Made by a program: the position numbers and the translations under genes
Notes under the pieces: generated by a model
What the model saw: only the letters and a program-made list of their open reading frames with translations
Database searches by the model: none
Told to the model about the DNA's origin: nothing
NCBI GenBank assembly: GCA_011109175.1
Contig: RDEW01000054.1
Span: 61,382-125,381, forward strand
Direction: 5' to 3'
Length of the DNA stretch: 64,000 bases
DNA from: Dicyema japonicum
Taxonomy: Eukaryota > Animalia > Dicyemida
In this document: in pieces, positions 46,693 to 58,504 of the stretch
Position numbering within the stretch: the stretch's first letter is position 1
How the letters are laid out: each line of letters starts with the position of its first letter

Positions 46693-49402
46693 AAGATTTC
46701 TTCAACCAAGTCTATTTGTACCATTTTCACTTCGGACCGTCTTCTAAAAATGAACCGAGTATCTTTATTGGTCCCACTCGGATTCCAGTGACAAGGTCCC
46801 CCACTGTCCTTGGAAGTCAAGTACGACAGTCTACTCAATTATAACTCCTACGCAAAAGACATGATTACCAGGGGCCTCCATAAAATTCACGTTTTACGCG
46901 CCCTTCTCCGGAGGACTCCGAGGAATATGGACTTTTCTGTTTCTACCCTCTAACAGCAAACAATCGCGCCAGCCTTTGAGTATGCCTCCGTTGCATGGAA
47001 ATTCGCGCTATCGGAGACTATGGTCCACAGAGTCAACTCAATACACCAGAAAACCATCAGTATGATTTGCCCACGTATTGGATCAACCCACTACTCATGG
47101 AAGCTAAGACCCGTAATCGTGGTTCCGGATTTCTTCGCGTCTGTGAACCAGAAAACCATCAGTATGATTTGCCCACGTATTGGATCAACCCACTACTCAT
47201 GGAAGCTAAGACCCGTAATCGTGGTTCCGGATTTCTTCGCGTCTGTGAGGAAGATGGAAACCTTCGCCTGATCATTTCCATGGCAAGAGAAAACCGATTA
47301 AATAGGAAATTCTCCTCCCCGATCGTATTCCTCTGAAGACCGAGAGAAGGCTCTTTTGGAAAGTAGCGGGGACAATGGAAGATCACAGACGTCGAATGGC
47401 ACAATTGATTGCGGGGACTGGGATTACCTAACTGTTTGACTCTTTTGTCTTTCTTTCTCGGTGTTCCCGGGGTTATTAAAATAAATAAAATAAAAATACT
47501 ACTTGCTTCTTCTTAACGAGGAGTCGATATCCTGAAACCCATCCATTTCCTTCTCACCCGTGTTGTCTGGGATGTCATCGAACCGAGTTACTAATTCTGC
47601 CAGATGACTGGTTACTGTTCCAAATCCTCCTATCTAACTCCACCATCATGCTCTCCAATGTCTTCCTAAGACAACAAATTGAATGTATGCTCTAGTTGGT
47701 GTGCCGATTCCTATGGCCTCCAAGTCAGATTTATAAGCCCTAGAAACGACACTGTCCCACGTTACAACAATACGGATGACTGGAGCACCATACAGTAGCT
47801 TGTGTTCTCAGCCGATAAGTCATATGCAACTCTTTCACTTCAATGTGCTTTGACCTTGCTTGATAAGAGACTGAAGCGGCCAAATTTTTATGAGAGTATT
47901 TATCAACACACGTAGTATCCCAAACCAGGTTCTGATCATTAGCAAAGGCGAATTTTGTCACCCCGTCGAGGCGTTTACCCCGTAAGTCTTCACGTTAACA
48001 AACAAATCCAGTTCTCACGGTTGAGGAGCAGTGTCTTTTTAATATCACACACATGTTCATCCATAACCAAATGAGCGGAAAGAACACATTCCAGTCCTTC
48101 GCTGGGGTGGAGGAGAGCGAATGATATTTTTTTCATGCCATTCCAGCACTGAGTGTCACCTGAGACAGGTGGATCATGTGACACCACTTTAATAGAATAA
48201 ATGAAGATAATGAATATAATAAACCAAGAGAAACCTTCGTCCAAGTAGTCAATGTAGAGATCAAGTCAAATGCCAATCTTATAATTAAGGCAATTTTTTA
48301 TTGCAGTTAGAATTTAAAATACAATCGATCATCGCAAATTGGCCACATTTTGATAATTTTTCAAAGAAAAAAATTTTATGCTCACTATTAAGAAAAATCA
48401 TTTTTTAATTTAATTTTAATACGAAAATAAAACAGATGTCTTCCAATTCTACTCGTGAACGCTATACACGGCTTACTTTAATGAAAAAGTTGAGGATTTT
48501 TTTAAGTATGAATAAACGGAAAATGAAACTTATTGAAAATCAAAATTCTATGGAAGATTAGACATTAGTGAACAAGAATCTGCAAAAAAAACCTGTCGAC
48601 AAAATGGATATTGCAGTTAGATAAACTGATAGTGAGGGAACTCTTAGCCAATGTGGGGAATAAATGTGAAGTTTCTCTAATTTTTTCAATAAGTACAAAG
48701 CACGCATTAATTGGATTAAAGAAAAAACAGCTAGGTATTAAATTTTATTTTAATAAAATTTAAATACGTTTTTTTGTTTATTTAAGGCATTTAAAAAAAT
48801 TTATTTGCTCATTGTTCTTCAAAATTATTGATTTCATTTTTTCTAAGAGATAGCACTTAATTATAGCATTATAACATTTATAAACTACAAAAAATTGCAT
48901 TTAAAAAATAAACACTTAAAAATTTTGATTTTTTGAAAAAAGGAAAAAATAAGATTTGTAGTGAAGATGCCAGAACTTTGAAAGCACTGATTACTGCCAT
49001 TTCAAACCTTATCCAGAGTCGCTGCGAGGCTTCGAAGCAGCCTTCGTTCAACACTGGGAGAAATGCATACGTCTTTATTAAAACAAAAATGTCAACTATT
49101 TGTTGAGCTCATTATAATATAGTTTTTGCACATTAGTGTCTATAAAATTTCTGTTTTTTCTCATTAAAACTTTCGACTTTTTAATCTCCCACTCAACATA
49201 ACATGTTGTTACAGAGTATCCGTTAAAATAGTAATAGTTGATTTTATATTTTGAATCTCCCGTTCAGTTTTGAAATTTCATTATTTTCGAAATAGTATGT
49301 CACCAGAAAACTAACTACCCCATCCTGTGACACATGGTGAGGTGGTTATCCAAAAATTTTTTCCTGGTTTTTATAACAGATACTTTATTCCCGATATTGA
49401 TC
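46693..49402 (+). repeat. Segmental duplication block B' (LINE 3' end, chimeric REL remnant at about 47510-48100, empty pogo site)
   Basis: Matches 32446-34420 followed directly by 36222-37163. Confidence 0.9.
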
Positions 49403-50275
49403 AGTCGCCACCGAGATCTAGCCTTAAGGCACAATGGTACACGTGAAAGAGTTGTATATCAGAATCAGTAATCAAGAGGACAAATGTGGACCTCAACCTT
49501 CTTAATGATTTCATATGGAGATGCAGTAAGGGAAGAATCAACAGCATTACAATACACAGATTGCTTCTGGAAAAGCAGTATTTCCCATCAATCTGTTCCC
49601 CCTTATCTGCAATTCGTGAATAATTACTGAAAAACCTAGAGTGGCCAACAATTTCATTTATTTTTGTTAGAAATCTGTTTTACACTGGTCCTGCTGGTAA
49701 GTTTCCTCTTCGAATAAACGTAGCAAGGAGAGGTGCCTCGTAGAGAGGAATGTTTGCTTAACAAATCTTTGAACTTTAATTGGCCAAGTTTATATACTTT
49801 ATAGTTTTACGATATTTATAAGCAATTTTTATGACATTTAATTACAATCGTACAATTTGAACAAATAGTGCCCAACCACTAACTCTGAATATTTCTTTGC
49901 TTTTTTTAAATCTGTTTCTTAAGACTCCCAATTAGTAAAAACTGAAAATCCTTGATTTTTTGCTAAATTTGTGTCCCAGGAGACCATGGCAGATGCTTGG
50001 CTTAATGTAGTGGCTATATAGGGAACCTAGCGTCGAAGAAAAAGAGTTCCTTGTCAAAGAAGTGCCAAGAAAGCAGAACATCGATCACTTGTCCATGTTA
50101 GTTACCACAACCTCACTAACATGTAAGAGACCGGCTACCATCAATCGTCCAACTGAGAATGCTGGATGCTCCCACAAGTCCCTTAAAGGTATTGGTGGTC
50201 CAGATCCGAAATTCTTGTTAATTAAACAAATTCAAAAAAATAATAATTTAAATAATTATAACAAAAAAATCAAAA

Positions 50276-50809
50276 TCACATTCTTTTTAGTTTGACAATA
50301 TAATCAAGAGAGAATCCCCCATCTCTGGCTCTCTCAAGCTCACATTTCATTTTCTCGTTAAAGTCAACATTTTTGGCCTTCTCTAAGATCTCCTTTACTT
50401 GTTTGTTCAACATTTCTTGCAGTTTCACTTTTTTTGCCTCCTTTTTGAGGGCAATGTAGTACTTGTTCTTTCTGAAGTATCTCTTCCTTCTGTGTTTCTT
50501 CATCTGCCGCCTTTTCATTGGGATACCCTTGTTCTTGTTCCGGCGGAATATACACAGATATTCCACAGGAAAGCTGAAGGGCTCATGGATTTCTGCTACT
50601 TTGGCCTCCGCGTAGTCAAGATCGAGGAATGTGTTATTTAGAACGGAATCAGTGGGGTAGATTAACGGAATCTCGAGTTTTGGGGAACATACAAGCAAAT
50701 TTGGTGTCATGAGACTCACACGTGGCCTGTATGTTGATGTAGTTATCGATCTTATGGTTTGTTTGAACATTGATGTTGTAAGCTGAGTTACTATCATTTT
50801 TATTAACAT
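50276..50809 (-). CDS. AURKAIP1: Mitoribosomal small-subunit protein mS38 (AURKAIP1/COX24-like), intronless
   Basis: 177-aa ORF with a presequence-like basic, Thr/Ser-rich N-terminus and MKRRQMKKHRRKRYFRK, similar to the remembered mS38 (DUF1713) RRRKMKKHK.RK motif; AT-rich upstream region. Confidence 0.7.
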   Translation of the reverse strand: MLIKMIVTQLTTSMFKQTIRSITTSTYRPRVSLMTPNLLVCSPKLEIPLIYPTDSVLNNTFLDLDYAEAKVAEIHEPFSFPVEYLCIFRRNKNKGIPMKRRQMKKHRRKRYFRKNKYYIALKKEAKKVKLQEMLNKQVKEILEKAKNVDFNEKMKCELERARDGGFSLDYIVKLKRM

Positions 50810-52312
50810 TCGTACTTTTATTTCTCGAAAATGAAATAAAGTTCATATCCTCACAAAAAAATTATTATATTTTAAAATTTAAATTTTTATAAAAAAATTA
50901 TTATTTATGTAAATAAAAATAGAACATTTAAGTAATTTTTTGGTTGAGGTGGTTGCTTGCCTCTCTTGCACAAATGTCTTTTCACGTTAGATATCTACTA
51001 GTCGTTCTTTCTTGGCACCTTAAAAAATACTCAATCCTATGTATAGCTGACAACGGAATATTGCAGATTGGAAATTCCTGTCTGATTACCCTCCAAACAG
51101 CCTGCTCTCACTGTGGACTTGATTTGCAATCTGACAATAGGGGAGCTTGGAAGAGGATATGTAGAAGGATACTGAAGAACAAGAAAACAATTAATTTATG
51201 ATTTTCCTGGAGTACTTATTAAAAATGTAGAAAGTAACATAACAAAAGTAAATGGGGAAATTAATCCGATCTTTAGTTGAGGAGTTAATAGCACTCCCAA
51301 ATTTTCAATAAGCATATGAATTCTTAAGGTTTTCTCTCGTGCCGTGCTTTTTACTATCCTTCCTACCAGTTTCTTTCATAAAATGTTATATGCACCTATA
51401 TTGCTTTCACAGGTCCCAGCCGTTTTTCGGTGGACGACGTTATAGATAAGTGATTCTCACCCATATGAGGATGAGATGGGCATCTATGAAGATTTCAGAT
51501 AGATATTCGTCCTTCTTCATCTGACATCTGTCGAGGAGTGCAGCATTATTTACGAGTTCTGTCTTTTATCCGTCCTTATGCCATAAAGCCCTACTGACAA
51601 CGATCTTGTCATAAGTATTCTTTAAGTGACTTTGCTTGGAATGTAGTCGATTTTGTTTAATATTTTTATTTTCTCTTCGCTCCTGATAAGTTTTGATAAC
51701 CCCCTCCGAGTTTTAGATACAGATTTCGCTACTACGTTTAATTCCCGCTTTGAAATTACTGTCTCCTAGAATAGAATTATCAACCTCATTTATTCCTGTG
51801 GGGAGCATACAAGAGATTGTTTTTTACACGATTAGGCCGTAACACTTGATGGCCGATTCAAAATTGATCGGTGCACTGCACGGCGTCTGATGGGAGTAGC
51901 ATTATCCGACAATTGCCATATTATGCATCCCCATCCATTTCACCCCCTGCAGGCTAATGTTCAAAAGCTGTAATGGAAAACTGAGTAGACAGACAGAGAG
52001 TACGAAAAACTGTCATTACAGAGGTGTCAACCACAATGCCTTATATAAATTATTCAATAGTTACTCCATAATTGCAGGTTCTCTCCCCCTTTTCCTTCGT
52101 TTAATTCTTGTGACGTCATATGATCCGCCACGGCATCAAAAGGATCATCCTTCGTCATTTGAATGGATTATTCCCATGAGTTCCAGCGCTGTGGTTGTGG
52201 ACGAGGAAATCCTTGGAAGGCTGATATAATTTGCGTCACGTTATTTGATCCTAATCCTATCAGTTTACAGAACATGTGAGAATATATTGAATGGAAATTA
52301 AATAGTTTGATA

Positions 52313-52895
52313 ATGTTGCAGCGAAATGGCGCTCAGACCAAAACTAGCAACTCAAGAAAACTTCCCAGTCCCCCAAGACTCCCACCTCCCTCACTTCCTC
52401 CAACCATTCCGCCCAAACTGGAAATCCCAAAAACTAGCCCTCCGTCGATAATGAGCATCCCTCACAGGAATTCACTCTCTAAGTCTGAAGCCCACAAGTA
52501 AGCATATTCTCTCACTCTAGAAAAAGTTCTGCGAAAGATGAGAATTTAGGTTCGTTTAACCTTATTATTAGCCTCTAAATATAATACAAGTAACTCAGTT
52601 CCAACGAGGAATGAGAACTTTGGTTTGTTTGGGGGGTAATATTAGGCGCCAAACCTGACCTTAAGCATAGGAGAGACTTGAGTCCATACAGAGATGAGAA
52701 CACGGGTTCGTTCTGTTTTAATTTGAGATCCCAAATATTTGACGACAAGTGGGAAAGACTCGATTCCTAACCAAGATACTATTTCTAGTCTCTTTGGTTG
52801 TAATATTAGACTCGAAATATACATTTACCCCCATTTCTGGTATTCCACTTCCCCCAGAATTTACTAATGCCTTCGGTCGTTCCGTGAATAATTAA
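52313..52895 (+). CDS. Proline-rich WIP/verprolin-like protein (at least 6 exons; 5' end uncertain)
   Basis: Five GT-AG introns (52498-52520, 52550-52571, 52623-52645, 52706-52727 and one of 22 nt ending near 52809) give an open frame; PPRLPPPSLPPTIPPK tract and C-terminal SKYTFTPISGIPLPPEF, resembling the WIP-family WASP-binding motif (SKYSFHPVEDFPAPEEY). Confidence 0.6.
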
Positions 52896-53149
52896 TAATT
52901 ATTGATTATAATATTTCCTATTATTTTTGTCCCCAAAATCATTTGGATAGGAGTCCTCAACTAAGTGGTCTCAGTTTCCCGGTTGAGTGAGACACGTCCA
53001 TATCCCCTATTATGAGAACTCCTCCATTGGAGTAGAGAAGAGAAAGATCTTTTTTGGATGCTGATCAGGTACTGGGCGTCTCCTGCGACAGGTGGATGAT
53101 ATATGCCCTCTTAGGATTCGAAGAAGACCAAGAGTAAAAAGGACTCCTG

Positions 53150-54880
53150 TGGTGTTAGAAGGAATCAAACTATCTAAGCGGTCCCCTTTTCCATGGTCAT
53201 GTGCGACCTCTCTCAAGTCCTCCTGATGTTCCCGCATCTCAGTTTACTCTGACTTACTTGAGATCTAAATCAAGTATACAGGAAGTGCGACTCTTGGGCG
53301 TCCACAGAAACGTGGTCTAGTCTTACCAAAGTATTCCTCCGTCGCAATGTTTGTGGGTGTATCCATTCTTAATATGTGTCCGAAGAGCCTCCACCTCAAA
53401 TCAGTACTCTCGAGCTTTGACTTTTCTCACGTTCGGTGAATTGACGACAGAACTGGTTTAACAAAGGTTCCGGTCCTCCAAGACTCATACCTCCATCACT
53501 TCCTCTATCCTCAGCCGAAATGATATACTTGATCGTCTGTGGTCAATCCAGTTATTTTTGACTGTCTCCAAGTAAGGGCCCGAGCTTATTGGTCTTCCTC
53601 GATGGCTCATCCGATTTTCTTTGCATCCTTCTGATATCCACTGGTTCCGTTTTGGGAACATTCACCTAAAGAACCTTTTGAAGTTCATTATGAACTTCTA
53701 ATAGGCAAAGAAGAGCTATTTCTTGATAATGAAGTCGACGTGGAAAGCATAAATGGATTCATGCCATCTTCATAAAACTTTCGAAGGTCATGGAGCACCG
53801 TCTCCAAGTAAAGGTAGTCCCTTTGAGGAGTACCCACATTATATGCGAATATTATTGGTATAGCTCTGCCAATTCGAACTCAGAATCTTGCGGATAAAAG
53901 AACTCATCATCACATAGTCCAGAAATCCTACTGCCTTCCAAGGATTATATCTTTGGTTGACAGAGGCGCCATTTGTGACCTCAACCATATCCGTCCTTGA
54001 TCTCCCAGTCCTGAATCCTCTATGACTTGATACCAGATAGTTGTCCACTTGATCTTTGATACGATTCAATAGGACTAATGCCCAGACTTTCCATAGAATA
54101 TTAAGCAAGATAACCGATCGTAGAAAAGAATACCCCCGATTTACTTACGGAAAAGCAATCTGTCCAAAGCAAATGAGGGAATCAATAACTACGAATGCGA
54201 ATCGATTAATTAATGCATTTGCTTTATTGGGGGTAACTCAAACCTTCATGAGCACAGTTATCCTCGCTAATTCTCCATAAATCAGAAATATGGTTGAAGG
54301 GATTTTATATCAGCTGTCATAGGGATTACCACAATTTAGAGATCCAACACTAAAAAAAGACCATATCCACTAGCAAGCAAATTATTTGGAGGTTACTCGT
54401 AAGGGAAAAAAGTTTGATCTCTTCGTTACATCGTAGGCTATTTTATCCACGATCAGGTGACTCACATTGATGTTCCAAGAATATTGGTCCCTATTGTTGA
54501 TAAAAACTCTCAATATATCCTGAGTACCTTTATATATAATGATTGATTATGAACTCAAAATACCCACGCAGTTGATTCTCCCATTGCTTCCAAATTACAT
54601 GGAAGGGTTTCCCCCACTTTTGTGCATTTATATTTTATTAACTCCAGTTTCGCTAACATGTAGGAAACTGGCAACCGCAAGACAGAACGCAGTGCAAGCA
54701 AAGAGATCCTAAACTTCTATCCCAGCAAGAGAGATGATGTCCACATCGTAAACGAGAACGTTCCACTCTGAAAGCCCTCGGAAGAAGCAGTTCTGAAGCG
54801 CTAATCTCAGGAGGTATACGCTCCACTATATTGTTCTCCTCGAGGGTTCGCATTTGGGGATGTCTACTTTCTTAGCTGCT
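53150..54880 (-). mobile_element. Decayed RTE-clade LINE
   Basis: NMRTL and YDVDII (APE), LNILWKVWALVLLNRIK...HRGFRTGRSRTD (RT), RWRLFGHILRMD...GRPR (RTE-type C-terminus). Confidence 0.7.
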
Positions 54881-55815
54881 TTTCAAAGTGGGAATTTATT
54901 TTTATTAAATTTAGCACAATTTATTGACTTATTTTCGCTACGTCCCATTTAGTATAATGGCTATGTTCGAGGATGAATTGAGACGTAACTCTGGTGTTTA
55001 TTGCTTAGTTCTAGTGCCATATGCTTAGAAGACATCGAATGCGCAAACTTTCGGAAACATAGAAGCACCAAATGCGTTTATGTCACTGTCAAATGGCTAA
55101 AATTGGAGGAACTTGTAAGAATTGTCTCCCTTAGGGAGAACAAGGGACTTGGCTATTAATTCTCAAACGTTAGCCACGTCCAAAGTAAGTACTCTTTACT
55201 GAAAGTTCGCCCATAATTTGGGAGATTGACAGAGAAGGCATAATAAAGATTCACTGGCATAAAGTAAGCTACTCTTGTCTGACAGTTTGGTCCATAATTT
55301 GGGAGATGGGAATAGAAGGTGTACTACTTCCGTTTAATCCTTGTCATAAAGAGTAAAAATTAGCGTTTAAGGTCGGCACAACTAATCGAGTCGTATTTAC
55401 GAGTATATCTTTTTGTGATAAGAGAAATTTGTACAGTAACTTCCAGTTGATCTCCCAGTCCGATCGTACTAATCACCACCGAATACAAATAACGGCCGTC
55501 TACCACATAATCTACGCCTTCAGCCTTAATAAAGAAAACTTCCCTAAGAGTGCGTCATTCCAGGAAGAGAAATCAGTCAAACTAGCAAGAAATCAAAAGG
55601 TGTGAGTCCACATGAACTGATGTCGTGACCCCAATGTAAATTAAGCATAATTTAAATTATCGATTCACTAACGATTAGTGAGTTTTCTGACAAAATATTA
55701 AAACCACATGTTTTGAAAGCCGCAGTCAATTTATAATCATATTAAACAAATCCACGGGACTCAGACTCTTTGAGTACATCGATGATTCCTGGCACTTGCA
55801 GAGTCGACTGTCACT

Positions 55816-56163
55816 CTAATCTGTTAGGGAATCACCAACCGACCAGTACAAGTGGGAGCACTTGTAGCAGTATATCAGATAGACGGGGTAGGTGTCTTCC
55901 AGTTTACTGAATAACTCAACATAGCTCAGTCTCCAGTTTATTTTCGAGTCTTCGACCACTTGGATTTCTTCTAAGGAGTCATTCCTTATTTTTTCGTAGA
56001 TCAGAAATCTCCAGATGACCTCCCCCGACAATATCCTATAGAATAACTTGCACGTGCGTCGAATATTGTCCAGATCGTCAGGATCTTCAACGTACTTTAA
56101 TATGTTGAAGACAATATTCAAAGGGAGATCGTCAAAAAAACTGAAATGTCTTCTATCCCCCAT
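55816..56163 (-). CDS. F-box protein (frame continues past TAG to 55726)
   Basis: FFDDLPLNIVFNILKYVEDPDDLDNIRRTCKLFYRILSGEVIWR is a clear F-box pattern; later INWRLSY and CYKCSHLYW. Confidence 0.75.
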   Translation of the reverse strand: MGDRRHFSFFDDLPLNIVFNILKYVEDPDDLDNIRRTCKLFYRILSGEVIWRFLIYEKIRNDSLEEIQVVEDSKINWRLSYVELFSKLEDTYPVYLIYCYKCSHLYWSVGDSLTD

Positions 56164-56357
56164 GGCCACCTCAGAGTAATGTTATGAACAACTTTATCGA
56201 CGAAAGAGCGCGTCGCCCTGAAGGCCAATTCATGTTGAGACCAAAGCATCGAGGACCCCACGCACTCTTTGCGATTCTCGAGGACCAATTTGGCTGTCCT
56301 CAGGAGATCCCTGACAATCCGAACATTGTGTCTTAAATAAAGGACCAAATATAATCA

Positions 56358-56822
56358 TCAAATACTTCTTTTAGAAAAACTGGACAAAATCAGAAACAGT
56401 TTCTTCTGACTGTATCCCCCAAGTTGATTGCAGTTTTCAAGCAGAATTTTGATAATCTGAGTTTTAAAACCGAAAACCCTAGAAATGTAAAGCAGCATCT
56501 GAAAGTCGGCGCCAATGTAGCTTATTTCGATAAAGTTAATCACGTCGTCTATATTTGTCCTGATTTTGACTTCTGAGGAGAATTTACGCCTGTAAAATAA
56601 ATTGGACAGTTTTCTGAGTCCAATAGGAATGCTATTTTCGTTTATAAATGATTTTTCGCAAATTCTGGTGGGTTTTAACACTTTTAACCTCTCAAATAAT
56701 TTGCTCTCGAGGTCTTTAACGATTATACTTCTAATGTATTTTCTTTCGGTCCAACCATAATTTAATTTGATATATGCGTCATCCTCAAAGAAGAACATTT
56801 TGTATTTGCTGTTAATTAACAT
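56358..56822 (-). CDS. Hypothetical protein, possibly continuing into 56118-56348
   Basis: 154-aa ORF starting just inside an AT-rich intergenic block; no recognisable domain. Confidence 0.35.
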   Translation of the reverse strand: MLINSKYKMFFFEDDAYIKLNYGWTERKYIRSIIVKDLESKLFERLKVLKPTRICEKSFINENSIPIGLRKLSNLFYRRKFSSEVKIRTNIDDVINFIEISYIGADFQMLLYISRVFGFKTQIIKILLENCNQLGGYSQKKLFLILSSFSKRSI

Positions 56823-58504
56823 TTTATTAATTTTTGGATTAACCGGATTAAATATTTAAAATTTTAATTTTTAATAAAATTTAAAATTAATTCAAATTTT
56901 ATTATTTAAATAAAAATGTCGTTCAATATTGGTCTTCATTGTAAGCCATCAAGTTCCTTGATCTCGTCGTCTCTGTTTGTGATGTTTATAGACTTATGTG
57001 TGGTACAGAGTAAGCAAGGTGGACAAAATCTGAAATCCATAATTTCGGCAATCTGAAAGTAGTGACGTCACCAGTTACCAAAATCGAAATAGCCGACAGT
57101 TGACCCATATTCAAGATTCGACTTTTCTTTGTGTTCCTTTCTGTAATAGCAACCAAAGGGATGCTCTCACTTTAAAGGAAAAGGTCAGGTCTTCTTTCAG
57201 CGACAGATGTTGCATTTCCTATATATTTTCCTTTAAATGCTTAAAGTTACTTCTTTAGGGTTGAGATCTTGCGTAACTCATCAGATCTCCGTTCGACTAG
57301 TCCATATCTGAACCCCTGACTTTGTGGAAGAGAATCGGCTTTGAATTGTGGGATAATGTTTCCTGAAAGTCTTCCTTTAACGAGCTGAAGAAAGCCCAGC
57401 ACCTCATTACTTGTCTTTGGACGACATGCACTGAGAACAGCGGATGCTGACTCAACCTTTACCCACTACCGAGCGTGGGGACATTGGTGGAAACGTGTCT
57501 CCCATAGGTTTTGGTTTTCGTTTCGTGTTCTCCGTAACTGGGAGAGTGGGAGAGTCCGCTTTTGTAGTTAGTTTTCTGTTATTCACTGATTTGGTTCACT
57601 TGAAAGGACACGGGGTAAATGAATAATAAAAAAGAGGTGGGAACGAGGGGTTCAGATAAGGTGATACTTACAAAAGATACTTAACACGAATTAATATGAG
57701 ATATCGAAGGGATAAGGTCATGAATTGCAGAGCTAACTGTTTTTTTTGAAAAGTCGTGATTCTCGGAGACCAAATATCACTGTCAAAAATTTCCTTGTGA
57801 TGGTAGGAGACATGTAAGACATAGAGTTAGGGGAAATGATCATAAAACATTGCGTAGAGCGGATAATGTTTCGAATTTGATACGAAAACTAATAAAAATA
57901 TGGAAATTTGAGAAATAATACTTTTTTACTAAAACAGTTAAATCATGGTCATCGTTTTCATTCCTACGTTAATAGCAGAAATGAGGAGGACAAAAAAGAA
58001 AAGGCTGATTGAGCGCATTTCCATACGAGGGAATCACAAAAGCTTTTTATTAATTTAAATTAAAAAAAATTGAACATTTGATGATTATTGGGAACGAAGT
58101 GGTGACCCCAGAACTCTTCAAACAAGACGATACTCGTATAATAATGATGGGTAATTGTCAATGTAATGAGTGCATGCAACCTTAGGAAGTTTGGTCATCG
58201 GTGATTCCAGCTTTTACTAGTATCGCCCCTTTCCATTCAACACGCTTTAGTGGATAGATATACGTGGAATTTTCCGAGCTATGAAGCGACACACAATCTT
58301 CCAACAGAAACTACAAGGTAGTTGTCTAGTCACGAAGCTTGTGTATTACTTAGCGACTATTATTGAACATCATGAATTTCAAGATAAGTTTTAGAAAGTG
58401 GCAAACAAGAACCAAAATTAATGATAGAAACTTAATAAACATTCTTGTTTAAACAATAAAAAAACATTTAAAAAATTACATAAATTAAAAATAAATAGCG
58501 GACA

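Noticed and set aside
41270-47230. Many short exact tandem duplications (41270-41614, 41970-42400, 42500-42840, 43270-43510, 44970-45190, 47050-47230)
   Set aside because: Several abut N characters and are near-identical, typical of overlapping contig ends or gap-filling artefacts; not treated as biology or as CRISPR-like arrays (no repeat-spacer structure).
49400-52250. Open stretches and F-box-like or integrase-like fragments around mS38
   Set aside because: Similarities are too weak and interrupted by stops to support a call.
55183-55325. ~78-bp imperfect tandem repeat (CCATAATTTGGGAGAT core)
   Set aside because: Only two units; perhaps a decayed LRR-coding repeat, but no consistent frame.
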